A stretch of 64,000 bases of DNA from Aquificaceae bacterium (GTDB taxonomy: Bacteria > Aquificota > Aquificia > Aquificales > Aquificaceae). The translations under genes were made by a program, and so were the position numbers. The notes under the pieces are model-generated. The model was not told where the DNA came from and made no database searches. It was given only the letters and a program-made list of their open reading frames with translations. This document shows, piece after piece, positions 22,434 to 31,053 of the stretch. Position 1 is the stretch's first letter, and each line of letters starts with the position of its first letter. The stretch spans positions 384,001 through 448,000 of the forward strand of contig JAXSNR010000002.1 of assembly GCA_037925075.1 (NCBI GenBank), read 5' to 3'.

Positions 22434-22892
22434 GTGAAAAAAGCAAGTGGAAAACAAAAACTCAGACCGACTTCTAACCTTGTCAAGCAGGCGGTCTTCA
22501 ACATGCTGGGAGACATAGAAGGGCTTCTCTTCTTTGACCTTTTTGCTGGAACGGGTCAGATGGGCTTGCAGGCGGAAGAAAAAGGTGCGGAGGTAATTTT
22601 TGTGGAAAAGAACCCAAAATTGGCGGAAAAAATAAGGCAAAAAGCCAGGGGTAAGGTGGTTGTGGAAGATGTCCTCAAGTTTTTAGAAAAGGCGGAGGCT
22701 CATGCGGACATAATTTTCGCAGACCCACCATATGCCTATGAATTTTACGATAAACTTATTGAACTTTCCCTGAAAAACCTCAAAGAAGGGGGCATTTTTA
22801 TACTTGAACACTCCAAAAAACTGGACTTCTCCGCAGAAAGGAAGAAAATTTATGGTGATACCGCCCTGTCTATTTGGAGGAAGGAAGCATGA
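22434..22892 (+). CDS. rsmD: 16S rRNA m2G966 methyltransferase RsmD family
   Basis: LRPT, DLFAGTG, ADPPY, YGDT. Confidence 0.9.
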   Translation: MKKASGKQKLRPTSNLVKQAVFNMLGDIEGLLFFDLFAGTGQMGLQAEEKGAEVIFVEKNPKLAEKIRQKARGKVVVEDVLKFLEKAEAHADIIFADPPYAYEFYDKLIELSLKNLKEGGIFILEHSKKLDFSAERKKIYGDTALSIWRKEA

Positions 22893-23389
22893 AAAAAGCG
22901 GTATATCCCGGTACCTTTGACCCACCACATTTAGGACATCTGGACATAGTCAAGAGAGCGGTCAAAATCTTTGACCATTTGGTGGTCGCGGTTGCGAAAA
23001 ACCCAAGGAAGAGCCTCCTCTTTAGCATGGAGGAGAGGGTGGACATGTTTTCAAAGATGGTGGAAGGTATGGGTGGAGTTGAAGTAAAGGGCTTTGATGG
23101 ATTGCTTGTAGATTTCATGAAGGAGGAGGGTATTAGTGTAATAGTCCGCGGTGTGAGGCTCTTTACAGATTTTGAATACGAGCTTCAGATAGCCCTAAAC
23201 AACTACAAACTGGCAAAGGTGGAGACGGTTTTTATGATGCCCTCCCAAGATTACATACATATCAGCTCCACCATAGTTAGAGACATAGCAAGCTACTGCG
23301 GATGCCTTAAGGGTCTTGTACATCCTTATGTGGAGAAAAGGCTAAGGGAAAGGTTTGGGTGCTTGGAAACTCTTGACATAAAAACCTAG
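22889..23389 (+). CDS. coaD: Pantetheine-phosphate adenylyltransferase
   Basis: YPGTFDPPHLGH, RGVR..DFEYE, ISSTIVR. Confidence 0.97.
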   Translation: MKKAVYPGTFDPPHLGHLDIVKRAVKIFDHLVVAVAKNPRKSLLFSMEERVDMFSKMVEGMGGVEVKGFDGLLVDFMKEEGISVIVRGVRLFTDFEYELQIALNNYKLAKVETVFMMPSQDYIHISSTIVRDIASYCGCLKGLVHPYVEKRLRERFGCLETLDIKT

Positions 23390-23465
23390 TACATGGTTAA
23401 TATATACACCATTGAGGAGGTTTAAGGATGTCTAAGCTTGATATCAAAATATTGGAGGTAAGGAC

Positions 23466-25871
23466 ATGGAACCAAACAAAACATCAAAGCTTCAAAAGAT
23501 ATTTTCATCATCAGAAGTAAAACACGGTCTTTCCTTATTTTCGCAAGAAGAGTTAGATTTTGTTGAAAATCTGATAATTGAAGAAGAAGATAAACTCTTT
23601 ATCAAGTGCCAAATCAAAGATAAACGCAAACCTGCAAAACCCGAGGAAATAGTAAGACAGTTATTTATCTACAGGATGATATCAGAGTATAACTATCCTA
23701 AAGAACGAATTGATGTTGAAAGAGTTATCTATTTTGGCTCAAGAGATTCTGGACTTGCTGACATTGTCATAATGCATGAAGACATGAAACATCCATATAT
23801 CATTTTTGAAGTTAAGAGACCTAAAAGAAGCGATGGCTTAGAGCAATTAAAAAGTTATTGTAATGCTGAAGGCGCATCCATCGGTGTTTGGTCAAATGGA
23901 AATGAAATGATAAGACTTCATCGAGAAGAACCAAACATCTTTATTGAAATACCAAGAATCCCGAAAGCTAACGAAACATTAAAAGATGTTCTAACGGAAC
24001 GCTGGAATATAAGATGGTTAGAAGAAAATGATGAATTAAAGAAAGGTAAAACAACACTTAAAAAGATTCTTCTTGACTTAGAAGAATTAGTTTTAGGAAA
24101 CGCGGGAGTAGATCCATTTGAAGAAATTTTCAAACTTATCTATGCAAAACTTTATGATGAATGGAGAGGTATTAATGAATCCTCTTATCAACTCAATTTT
24201 TTTGTAGGCGACAGAAGCCCAGAACAAGTAAAAAGAGCGATTGAAAACTTGCTTGAAGGTGCTAAAAGGCAATGGCGGGGCGTTTTTGAACCAACAGATA
24301 GAATTGAACTAAGGGACGAACATCTTAAAGTTTGTGTTTCATTTCTTGAAAAAATAAAATTATTCAATTCTAACCTTCAAATAATTGATGAAGCATTTGA
24401 GTATCTAGTACCGCAAGTATCAAAGAAAAAGGAAGGACAGTTTTTCACACCAAGACCTGTTGTTGATATGATAGTAAAAATGCTTAACCCAAAGTATGAC
24501 GAGGCAATAATTGACCCTGCCTGTGGATCTTGTGGTTTTACTCTTCACTCTATACTTTGGGTTGCCGGTGGAAAACTAACTGCTAACGGTTTACCAGAAA
24601 GAGCCAGAGATTTTGCACAAAACAGAGTTTTTGGTATAGATTTTGCCAAAAAAGCCGTAAAAATCGCAAAGGCAATAAATTTAATTGCTGGAGATGGTAA
24701 AGCTCATGTTTACAAAGCAAATTCACTAGCACCTTTCATCTGGGATGATGAAACTAAAGGAGGATTAAGAGGAAGATTACTACAATTTAAAGACCCAGCA
24801 AAAAATAGAGAGAATGAGGAAAGTTTTACTTATTTTGATTTTGATGTTTTAATGACAAATCCGCCATTTGCTGGAACAGTAAAAGAAAAGGGAATATTAA
24901 GACTTTACAAATTAGCGGAAAAAGGTGGCAGGCTTGTAAATAAAATTGATAGACACATTCTATTTTTAGAAAGGTGTTTACAATTTATACGCCCGGGCGG
25001 AAGAATGGCAATAATTTTACCACAAGGTATATTTAACAATACCAATGCTGAATATATCCGTAGATTCATTATGGAGGAAGCAAGAATTTTAGCTGTTGTT
25101 GGTTTGCATGTAAATACATTTAAACCACATACAGGAACAAAAACAAGCGTTCTTTTCTTACAGAAATATACTGATGAGGAAAAAGAAAAAATTCAGCAAA
25201 TCAAAGCCAAATACGAAAGCAAGTTTGACGAATATTTCTCTGAACTTCAGAACAACTACGGTGATTACAACTGGGATAGTGATGTAGATGAAGAAAACCT
25301 ACCTGAAGAACTTAGAGCATTTTTAGAAAGTTATTTTACTTCAGTTGAGGAAATTGAAGAAATAGAAAATGAAACTGAGGAAATAGAAGAAAATGAAGTT
25401 GGAAAGAAAACTTCACTTAAAGAATTAGTTGATGAATATAAAGAGATTGTTGATATCCTTAATGAAAGAAAGGCTGAACTAAAAAAAGCAAATACTCAAA
25501 GAATAAGTGAAATAAAAAAAGAGATAAACACACTAAATAAAAAGGCAAAAAAGCTCCATCGTGAAATTTCAGAAAGAACTTTAGGTGGGCAGATTTGGTT
25601 AGTTTTGAATGATGATAAAATCAAAGAAGAGTTTAAGAAATTCTGGATTGATGGAAATGTGATAAAAGAAATGGATTATCCTATTTTTATGGCTGTTAAC
25701 AAAAAACCTGTCAAAGACAACAGCGGGGAGTATAGATATAAGAAAAATCCCGATGGCTCTTTTGTTTTGGACGAACACGGACACCCAGTAATTGATCATG
25801 ATTTAGACGAAATCGCAGAAGCTTTTATTAAATTTGCTAAAGAACAAGATGTTTATTTTTGGAGAGAATAA
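23466..25871 (+). CDS. Fused restriction endonuclease/N6-adenine methyltransferase (HsdR-N-like nuclease plus HsdM-like; type IIG/IIB-like)
   Basis: N-terminal PEEIVRQ...ADIV...IFEVK (PD-(D/E)xK-like); GQFFTPR, DPACGSCGF (motif I), NPPF (motif IV); AT-rich. Confidence 0.85.
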   Translation: MEPNKTSKLQKIFSSSEVKHGLSLFSQEELDFVENLIIEEEDKLFIKCQIKDKRKPAKPEEIVRQLFIYRMISEYNYPKERIDVERVIYFGSRDSGLADIVIMHEDMKHPYIIFEVKRPKRSDGLEQLKSYCNAEGASIGVWSNGNEMIRLHREEPNIFIEIPRIPKANETLKDVLTERWNIRWLEENDELKKGKTTLKKILLDLEELVLGNAGVDPFEEIFKLIYAKLYDEWRGINESSYQLNFFVGDRSPEQVKRAIENLLEGAKRQWRGVFEPTDRIELRDEHLKVCVSFLEKIKLFNSNLQIIDEAFEYLVPQVSKKKEGQFFTPRPVVDMIVKMLNPKYDEAIIDPACGSCGFTLHSILWVAGGKLTANGLPERARDFAQNRVFGIDFAKKAVKIAKAINLIAGDGKAHVYKANSLAPFIWDDETKGGLRGRLLQFKDPAKNRENEESFTYFDFDVLMTNPPFAGTVKEKGILRLYKLAEKGGRLVNKIDRHILFLERCLQFIRPGGRMAIILPQGIFNNTNAEYIRRFIMEEARILAVVGLHVNTFKPHTGTKTSVLFLQKYTDEEKEKIQQIKAKYESKFDEYFSELQNNYGDYNWDSDVDEENLPEELRAFLESYFTSVEEIEEIENETEEIEENEVGKKTSLKELVDEYKEIVDILNERKAELKKANTQRISEIKKEINTLNKKAKKLHREISERTLGGQIWLVLNDDKIKEEFKKFWIDGNVIKEMDYPIFMAVNKKPVKDNSGEYRYKKNPDGSFVLDEHGHPVIDHDLDEIAEAFIKFAKEQDVYFWRE

Positions 25872-25874
25872 AAA

Positions 25875-27242
25875 ATGGCTGTAATAAACATTATAAAATT
25901 ATCTGAACTTGAAGGAGCAAAGAGGATAGATGCCGAGTACTACCAACCAGAGTATTTGGAAGTAAAAAATAAGCTCTTGAAGACTAACGCCACTTATTTT
26001 AAAAATTTGGTAAGGGAAATAATACATCCTAAAGAGATTAAAAGGGAGTATGAGGAAGAAGAAAAAGATTACTTATTTTTACTTGCTCAAAATGTGAGAC
26101 CTTTAATGCTTGATTTATCTGAGAGAAAATACATAAGTTCTAAAACTGCACTTTCTTTACAAAAAAATTTATTGGAAATAGGAGATCTTCTTTTTGTTAG
26201 AACAGGTGCCATTGGTGATGTGACGGCATACACAGGTAAACCCAGAAATGTCGTAGCTTCTTCTCATATTCTAATTGCTAAGCCAAATTTTAGAACATCT
26301 CCTTTTTACTTAGCAGTATTTTTTAATACAAAGCTTGGCAAAAAAATAATAATTAGGGGGAATTATGGAGCTGTGCAACCCGAAATTTCACCAGAGCATG
26401 TTAAAACAATTCCGGTGCCGATATTAAATCAAGACCTAATAGAGTGCGTAGAGAAAAAATTTCTTCAAGCCCAAGAGTTATCTGAACAAAGTCAATCTCT
26501 CTACTCTCAAGCTGAATCCCTCCTTTTATCTGAATTAGGATTACAAGACTTTAAACCAGAAGACAGATTATTTTACAAAGTTAGTTTCTCAAAAGCAAGC
26601 ACAGTTCATAGAATTGATGCAGAATATTTTAAGCCAAAATATGAGGAAATTTTTGATTTCATTAAATGTCCCATTAAAAGATTAGGAGAAATAACAAAGT
26701 TTCTTAATCATGCAAAACAACCACCTTATGTTGAGAATGGGGAAATCCCAATAATTACTCAAAAACACCTAGGGAAAGCATTTCTAAATTTAGATTTTAT
26801 AAAAGATTCTGAAACAAAATTTACAAGTGAAGAATGGTTAAATAAGAATCTAGATTACAGATTAAGAATAGGCGATGTTTTATATTATTCAGTGGGAGCA
26901 TATATTGGAAAAACAAATATTGTTTTAGATGAGATTAAAGCAACAGCTGCAAGCTTTATCACTATTATTAGACCTACTGATGAAGTTAACTCAGCTTATT
27001 TAACTGTTGTTCTCAATAGTATTGTTGGTCAATTACAATCTGAAAAATGGCAATCAGCAACCGCACAGCAATATATTTATCCAAAAGATATTAAAAACTT
27101 TATAATCCCCATTCTTCCCAAATCTATCCAACAAGAAATCGCCAATCTTGTTCAAAAATCCCACGAAGCAAGAAGAAAAGCGGAACAACTTTTGGAAGAA
27201 GCAAAAAAGATGGTTGAAGATGCTATTGAAAAACAAGGATAA
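25875..27242 (+). CDS. Restriction-modification specificity (S) subunit with two TRDs
   Basis: Repeated RIDAEY motif and two TRD-plus-helix units (IPVP / IIPIL..QQEI); AT-rich. Confidence 0.85.
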   Translation: MAVINIIKLSELEGAKRIDAEYYQPEYLEVKNKLLKTNATYFKNLVREIIHPKEIKREYEEEEKDYLFLLAQNVRPLMLDLSERKYISSKTALSLQKNLLEIGDLLFVRTGAIGDVTAYTGKPRNVVASSHILIAKPNFRTSPFYLAVFFNTKLGKKIIIRGNYGAVQPEISPEHVKTIPVPILNQDLIECVEKKFLQAQELSEQSQSLYSQAESLLLSELGLQDFKPEDRLFYKVSFSKASTVHRIDAEYFKPKYEEIFDFIKCPIKRLGEITKFLNHAKQPPYVENGEIPIITQKHLGKAFLNLDFIKDSETKFTSEEWLNKNLDYRLRIGDVLYYSVGAYIGKTNIVLDEIKATAASFITIIRPTDEVNSAYLTVVLNSIVGQLQSEKWQSATAQQYIYPKDIKNFIIPILPKSIQQEIANLVQKSHEARRKAEQLLEEAKKMVEDAIEKQG

Positions 27243-27344
27243 GAAAGTCATAAAAAGCTCTGCAAGAAAAAGAGGTCATTATATTAGCTAATCTTCTTAA
27301 GGTTCAACCTACTTACAAAAAGTTTTATCGGATGAATAAACACC

Positions 27345-27788
27345 TTACCTACATTCCACCCCTTCCCTGTCTATATACTCCTTCATCTTCCTTATGGCCT
27401 CTTCACCTGTGAATAAGTCCTTTAGGTCCCTTTCAAGGTTTGTGGGCTTTAGCCTTGCAATCCATCCTCTTGTGTAAGGGTAGTCGTTTATAAGGTCTGG
27501 TGTATCAAAAAGCTCCTCGTTTCTTTCTACCACTTCTCCCTCTATAACCGCAGGCACGGGACCTGTCCATTTTCCACTCTCAAGGCTTGCAATGGGTTTT
27601 CCCTTTGGTACATGCTTGCCCGGAGCTTTTATGCGTACATTCACCATCCTGCCTGCCCTTGTTTGTCCTATGTCTGTCGCTCCTACTGTAACGGTGCCAT
27701 CTGGCTCAAGCCTGTACCAGACCTGATTTTCTATATCGTAGTAAAGCTCTGGCGGTATATTACAGCCTTTGTATATTTCCTCGCTCAT
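27345..27788 (-). CDS. GcvH-like lipoate-binding protein (LbpA-like)
   Basis: Lipoyl motif LESGKWTGP, N-terminal and C-terminal Cys, NDYPY..GWI; start MSEEIYKGC at 27788. Confidence 0.8.
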   Translation of the reverse strand: MSEEIYKGCNIPPELYYDIENQVWYRLEPDGTVTVGATDIGQTRAGRMVNVRIKAPGKHVPKGKPIASLESGKWTGPVPAVIEGEVVERNEELFDTPDLINDYPYTRGWIARLKPTNLERDLKDLFTGEEAIRKMKEYIDREGVECR

Positions 27789-28326
27789 GGAGGAGTATTT
27801 TACAGGAACGTTCAAGGACGGATATATGAGCATAAGCATAAAAGGGGTCAAGGTCTGCGGAAAAAACACCGTGAGCTCTCACCACCACAAGCCTTGAAGC
27901 CTTCAAAGATGAGGCAACCGCCTTGGCAAGCTCATAACTTCCAGAAGGGTAGTTAGGAATAACCTCCACCCTTCCAAGAAGGTCCCTTCCTTCGGAGTCT
28001 ATGGGCTCTATGTGGTCCATCTCAAGGGATAAAATGGTGGTTGCCAGTGGATGGGCATGCACCACCGCACGATGGGAGGTTTGAAGGTATATCTCCCTAT
28101 GAACCACAAGCTCGGAAGAAGCCCTATCTTCAAGGATATGGGCTTTTTCAAGAGGTAGCTCTACAAAATCCCAGCCTTCAAGCCTTCCAAGATGGCTTCC
28201 CCTTCTGGTTATAATAAGTTGGTCCTTTAGCCTTACAGACAGGTTTCCAGCCCTTGCATCCACAAGCCCCTCTCTGTACAAAAGCCTTCCAACCTCTACA
28301 AGCTTTTTTATGGCTACCTTTTCCAT
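27760..28326 (-). CDS. Class II aldolase/adducin family protein (FucA-like)
   Basis: GNLSVR, ASSE..VH..IY, HAHP, HGV. Confidence 0.88.
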   Translation of the reverse strand: MEKVAIKKLVEVGRLLYREGLVDARAGNLSVRLKDQLIITRRGSHLGRLEGWDFVELPLEKAHILEDRASSELVVHREIYLQTSHRAVVHAHPLATTILSLEMDHIEPIDSEGRDLLGRVEVIPNYPSGSYELAKAVASSLKASRLVVVRAHGVFSADLDPFYAYAHISVLERSCKILLHERGNIQRL

Positions 28327-29681
28327 AGGAGGCTAAAAAGTATAAAGCTTACAATGCTAAAGGCAAGCCCCACAAGAAGGGCAAACTCGCTTTCAAGCAC
28401 ATACTCAAAAAGAACCCAACTGAAAAAGCCAGAAAGCATGGAGGCTAAGGCGGATATGGGATTTGAGCCCTTAAAGTAAAGCCCAGCAACAAGTGGCACA
28501 AAGAGAGAAACAAGGCTCAAGGCGGAGGAGCTTCCCACAAGGTGGTATATGGACTCACCGGAAAGGGCAAAGCCAAGGGAAGCAACAGACACAAGCAGAA
28601 CACAGGCTCTCGTAAGCCAAAGAAAGCCTCTGTCGGAGAGGTTTTTTATATAAGGCTTTATAAGGTTTTCACTGAGAACGGAGGCGGGGGCAAGCACAGC
28701 AGCACTGGCGGTGCTCATAATGGCAGACAGCAAGGCACCAAAGAAAAACACCTTGGTAGGTAGGCTCGCATGCTCCCTTATCATGATGGGAAGCATAAGC
28801 TGAGGGTCCATATGAAGAAGCTCAGGATACTTGGTCCTTGCAAAGACCGCAAGAACAAGAGGCACAAGGGCAACGGTAAGGTACATAAAGCCGGCCAAGA
28901 TGGTGGACAAAACCGCCACCCTCTCACTCCTTGATGCCATAACCCTCTGAAACACATCCTGCTGGGGGATAGACCCAAGCCCTATGGTGATCCATGCGGA
29001 GATGTAAAGGAGAACATCCTTTAAGGTAGGCTCTGGGAAAAATTTGTAGTAATCTGGAGGCTGAGAAGCCAACACCGTAGCAATCTGAGAAAAACCAGAG
29101 GAAACCTCATAAAGCACCGCCAAAAGACCTACTATTATGGTTATGGTTTGCAAAAAGTCCGTCAAAGATACCGCCCACATGCCACCCAGAAAGGTGTAAA
29201 GGAGCACCACACCAAAGCCCAAAAGTATGCCCAAAACCTGAGGAATGCCCAACACAAGCTGAAGAATAATACCTATGGCAACCATCTGAGCCCCAACCCA
29301 CCCAAAGTAAGAAAAGACCATCATAAGACTTGCCACCACCTCCGCCTTCCTTCCATAAACCACCCTGTAAAAATCTCCCATGGTCAAGAGGTTCATCTTA
29401 TAAAGGGGCTTGGCAAAGAAAAGACCTATAAGAATAAGACATAGTGCTGCACCAAAGGGGTCTTCTATCACACCCAATAGCCCATCCTTTGCCATCACAG
29501 AGGACGCTCCCAGTACCGTTTCTGAACCAAACCATGTGGCAAAGGACACAAAGGTAGCCATGTAAAGGGGCAAACTTCTGCCAGCCAGTATGTAATCCTT
29601 TGAGTTTTTAACAAGCTTTGACGCCAGAACTCCTATAAGCAAAGTGCCAAGTATGTACAAAAGTATGAAGCCCGCAAGCAT
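28314..29681 (-). CDS. Sodium:solute symporter family protein
   Basis: LAGRSLP, ATWFGSE, GGMWAVSLTD, QDVFQRV, AIMSTAS. Confidence 0.92.
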   Translation of the reverse strand: MLAGFILLYILGTLLIGVLASKLVKNSKDYILAGRSLPLYMATFVSFATWFGSETVLGASSVMAKDGLLGVIEDPFGAALCLILIGLFFAKPLYKMNLLTMGDFYRVVYGRKAEVVASLMMVFSYFGWVGAQMVAIGIILQLVLGIPQVLGILLGFGVVLLYTFLGGMWAVSLTDFLQTITIIVGLLAVLYEVSSGFSQIATVLASQPPDYYKFFPEPTLKDVLLYISAWITIGLGSIPQQDVFQRVMASRSERVAVLSTILAGFMYLTVALVPLVLAVFARTKYPELLHMDPQLMLPIMIREHASLPTKVFFFGALLSAIMSTASAAVLAPASVLSENLIKPYIKNLSDRGFLWLTRACVLLVSVASLGFALSGESIYHLVGSSSALSLVSLFVPLVAGLYFKGSNPISALASMLSGFFSWVLFEYVLESEFALLVGLAFSIVSFILFSLLWKR

Positions 29682-29690
29682 GCCAATATT

Positions 29691-31031
29691 TTATGAAATT
29701 TCTTCTAAGGGTTTTCCCTTCGTTTCCATACCCTTTAGAGCCCAGACCAAAAAGGCAAAAAAGCCCACAAGCCAAAAAAGAGAAAGCCCAAGCATTGCAT
29801 ACACAAAACCAACTTGTGAAAGGCTTACAAGAAAGAGAGGAGCAAAGGCACCAGAAACTCTTCCTATTATGGAAAGGATTCCTATGGCGTATGCCCTTAT
29901 GTAGGATGGATATATCTCCGTGGCTATCACATAGGCAACGGACGCAAAGGAAAAGGCTATAAGAGAGTACACAAAAAAGGTTAGCCTTATTTCAAAGCCA
30001 AGAAGAAAAGACAGGCTAAGAAGGGCTGACGCAAAGCTGATAAGCAATCCAAGGGGAATTCTTCCCACCTTATCCACAAGGTATGCTACAAAGAGCCCAC
30101 CAAAGAGTCCACCAAGACTTCCAAGGGTAAGGATCTGGGGTATTTCTTTACTACTAAGAGAGTAGACCTCGGAGAGGATCACAGGTAAAAGGGTTATCAT
30201 GCCGTAGTAGGTGGTCAGAATGGTAAAGCTCATACTGGCACTGAAGAGAAAACGCCACTTGTACCTGCTTAGAATTATCCTTGAGGCGTCTATTATGTTT
30301 CCTTCAAAGACAGGCACCTCGCATCTGTCGTAGCTTTTTCTACCGCCAGCTTCCAATTCTATTTTTTGAACTATTCTTTCCGCTTCTTCGAGCTTTCCCC
30401 TTGATATAAGCCACCTTGGAGACTCGGGAACGTACAACCTAACAAAGACCACAAGAAGGGCAAGCACACCACCAAACAAGTAGGCAGTACGCCAAGCAAA
30501 ACTTTCATCCAACACCTTAAGCAGTCCAACCGCACTTAGAGAAGCCATAAGACTTCCAAGGTTCCACAGGGCTGTTATGGTGCCATCCACCTTGCCCCTA
30601 TGACGCGATGGAACAAACTCATCCATGGCGGACTGTATGGCGGCAAACTCACCCCCAAGACCAGCACCCGCAAGGATCCTGAAAAACAAGGCGGTCTCAA
30701 AGCTTTGGGCAAAGCCTGTTAAAAAGGTGCCACCCGCATAAAGTAGTAGAGTGATCAAAAAAAGCTTTTTTCTGCCGTACCTGTCCGCAAGGTATCCAAA
30801 GAGCAAAGACCCAAGAAGGGCACCAAGCAAAAAGCCGCTCACCATCATGGAGCTTTGTTGAGGCGTAAACTGAAGGCTCTTTGCCATAGGCTTGAGGACT
30901 GCGCTGGCTATAACCACTTCAAAGGCATCAAGAACCCAAGTAATACCAAGGGCAAAGACAAAACGCGTGTGAAAGCTCGTCCAAGGCAAGCTATCAAGCC
31001 TACAGGTTATATCCGTTTCTATAAACCTCAC
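29691..31031 (-). CDS. MFS transporter (sugar porter-like)
   Basis: GYLADRYGRK, PESPRWL, ETKGKPLEE. Confidence 0.92.
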   Translation of the reverse strand: MRFIETDITCRLDSLPWTSFHTRFVFALGITWVLDAFEVVIASAVLKPMAKSLQFTPQQSSMMVSGFLLGALLGSLLFGYLADRYGRKKLFLITLLLYAGGTFLTGFAQSFETALFFRILAGAGLGGEFAAIQSAMDEFVPSRHRGKVDGTITALWNLGSLMASLSAVGLLKVLDESFAWRTAYLFGGVLALLVVFVRLYVPESPRWLISRGKLEEAERIVQKIELEAGGRKSYDRCEVPVFEGNIIDASRIILSRYKWRFLFSASMSFTILTTYYGMITLLPVILSEVYSLSSKEIPQILTLGSLGGLFGGLFVAYLVDKVGRIPLGLLISFASALLSLSFLLGFEIRLTFFVYSLIAFSFASVAYVIATEIYPSYIRAYAIGILSIIGRVSGAFAPLFLVSLSQVGFVYAMLGLSLFWLVGFFAFLVWALKGMETKGKPLEEIS

Positions 31032-31053
31032 CGTGTTATAAAATATAACCGCA

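Noticed and set aside
23434..23445. AAGCTTGATATC resembles a cloning-vector polylinker (HindIII-EcoRV)
   Set aside because: Only 12 bp, with no further vector sequence; AAGCTT is very common in this genome
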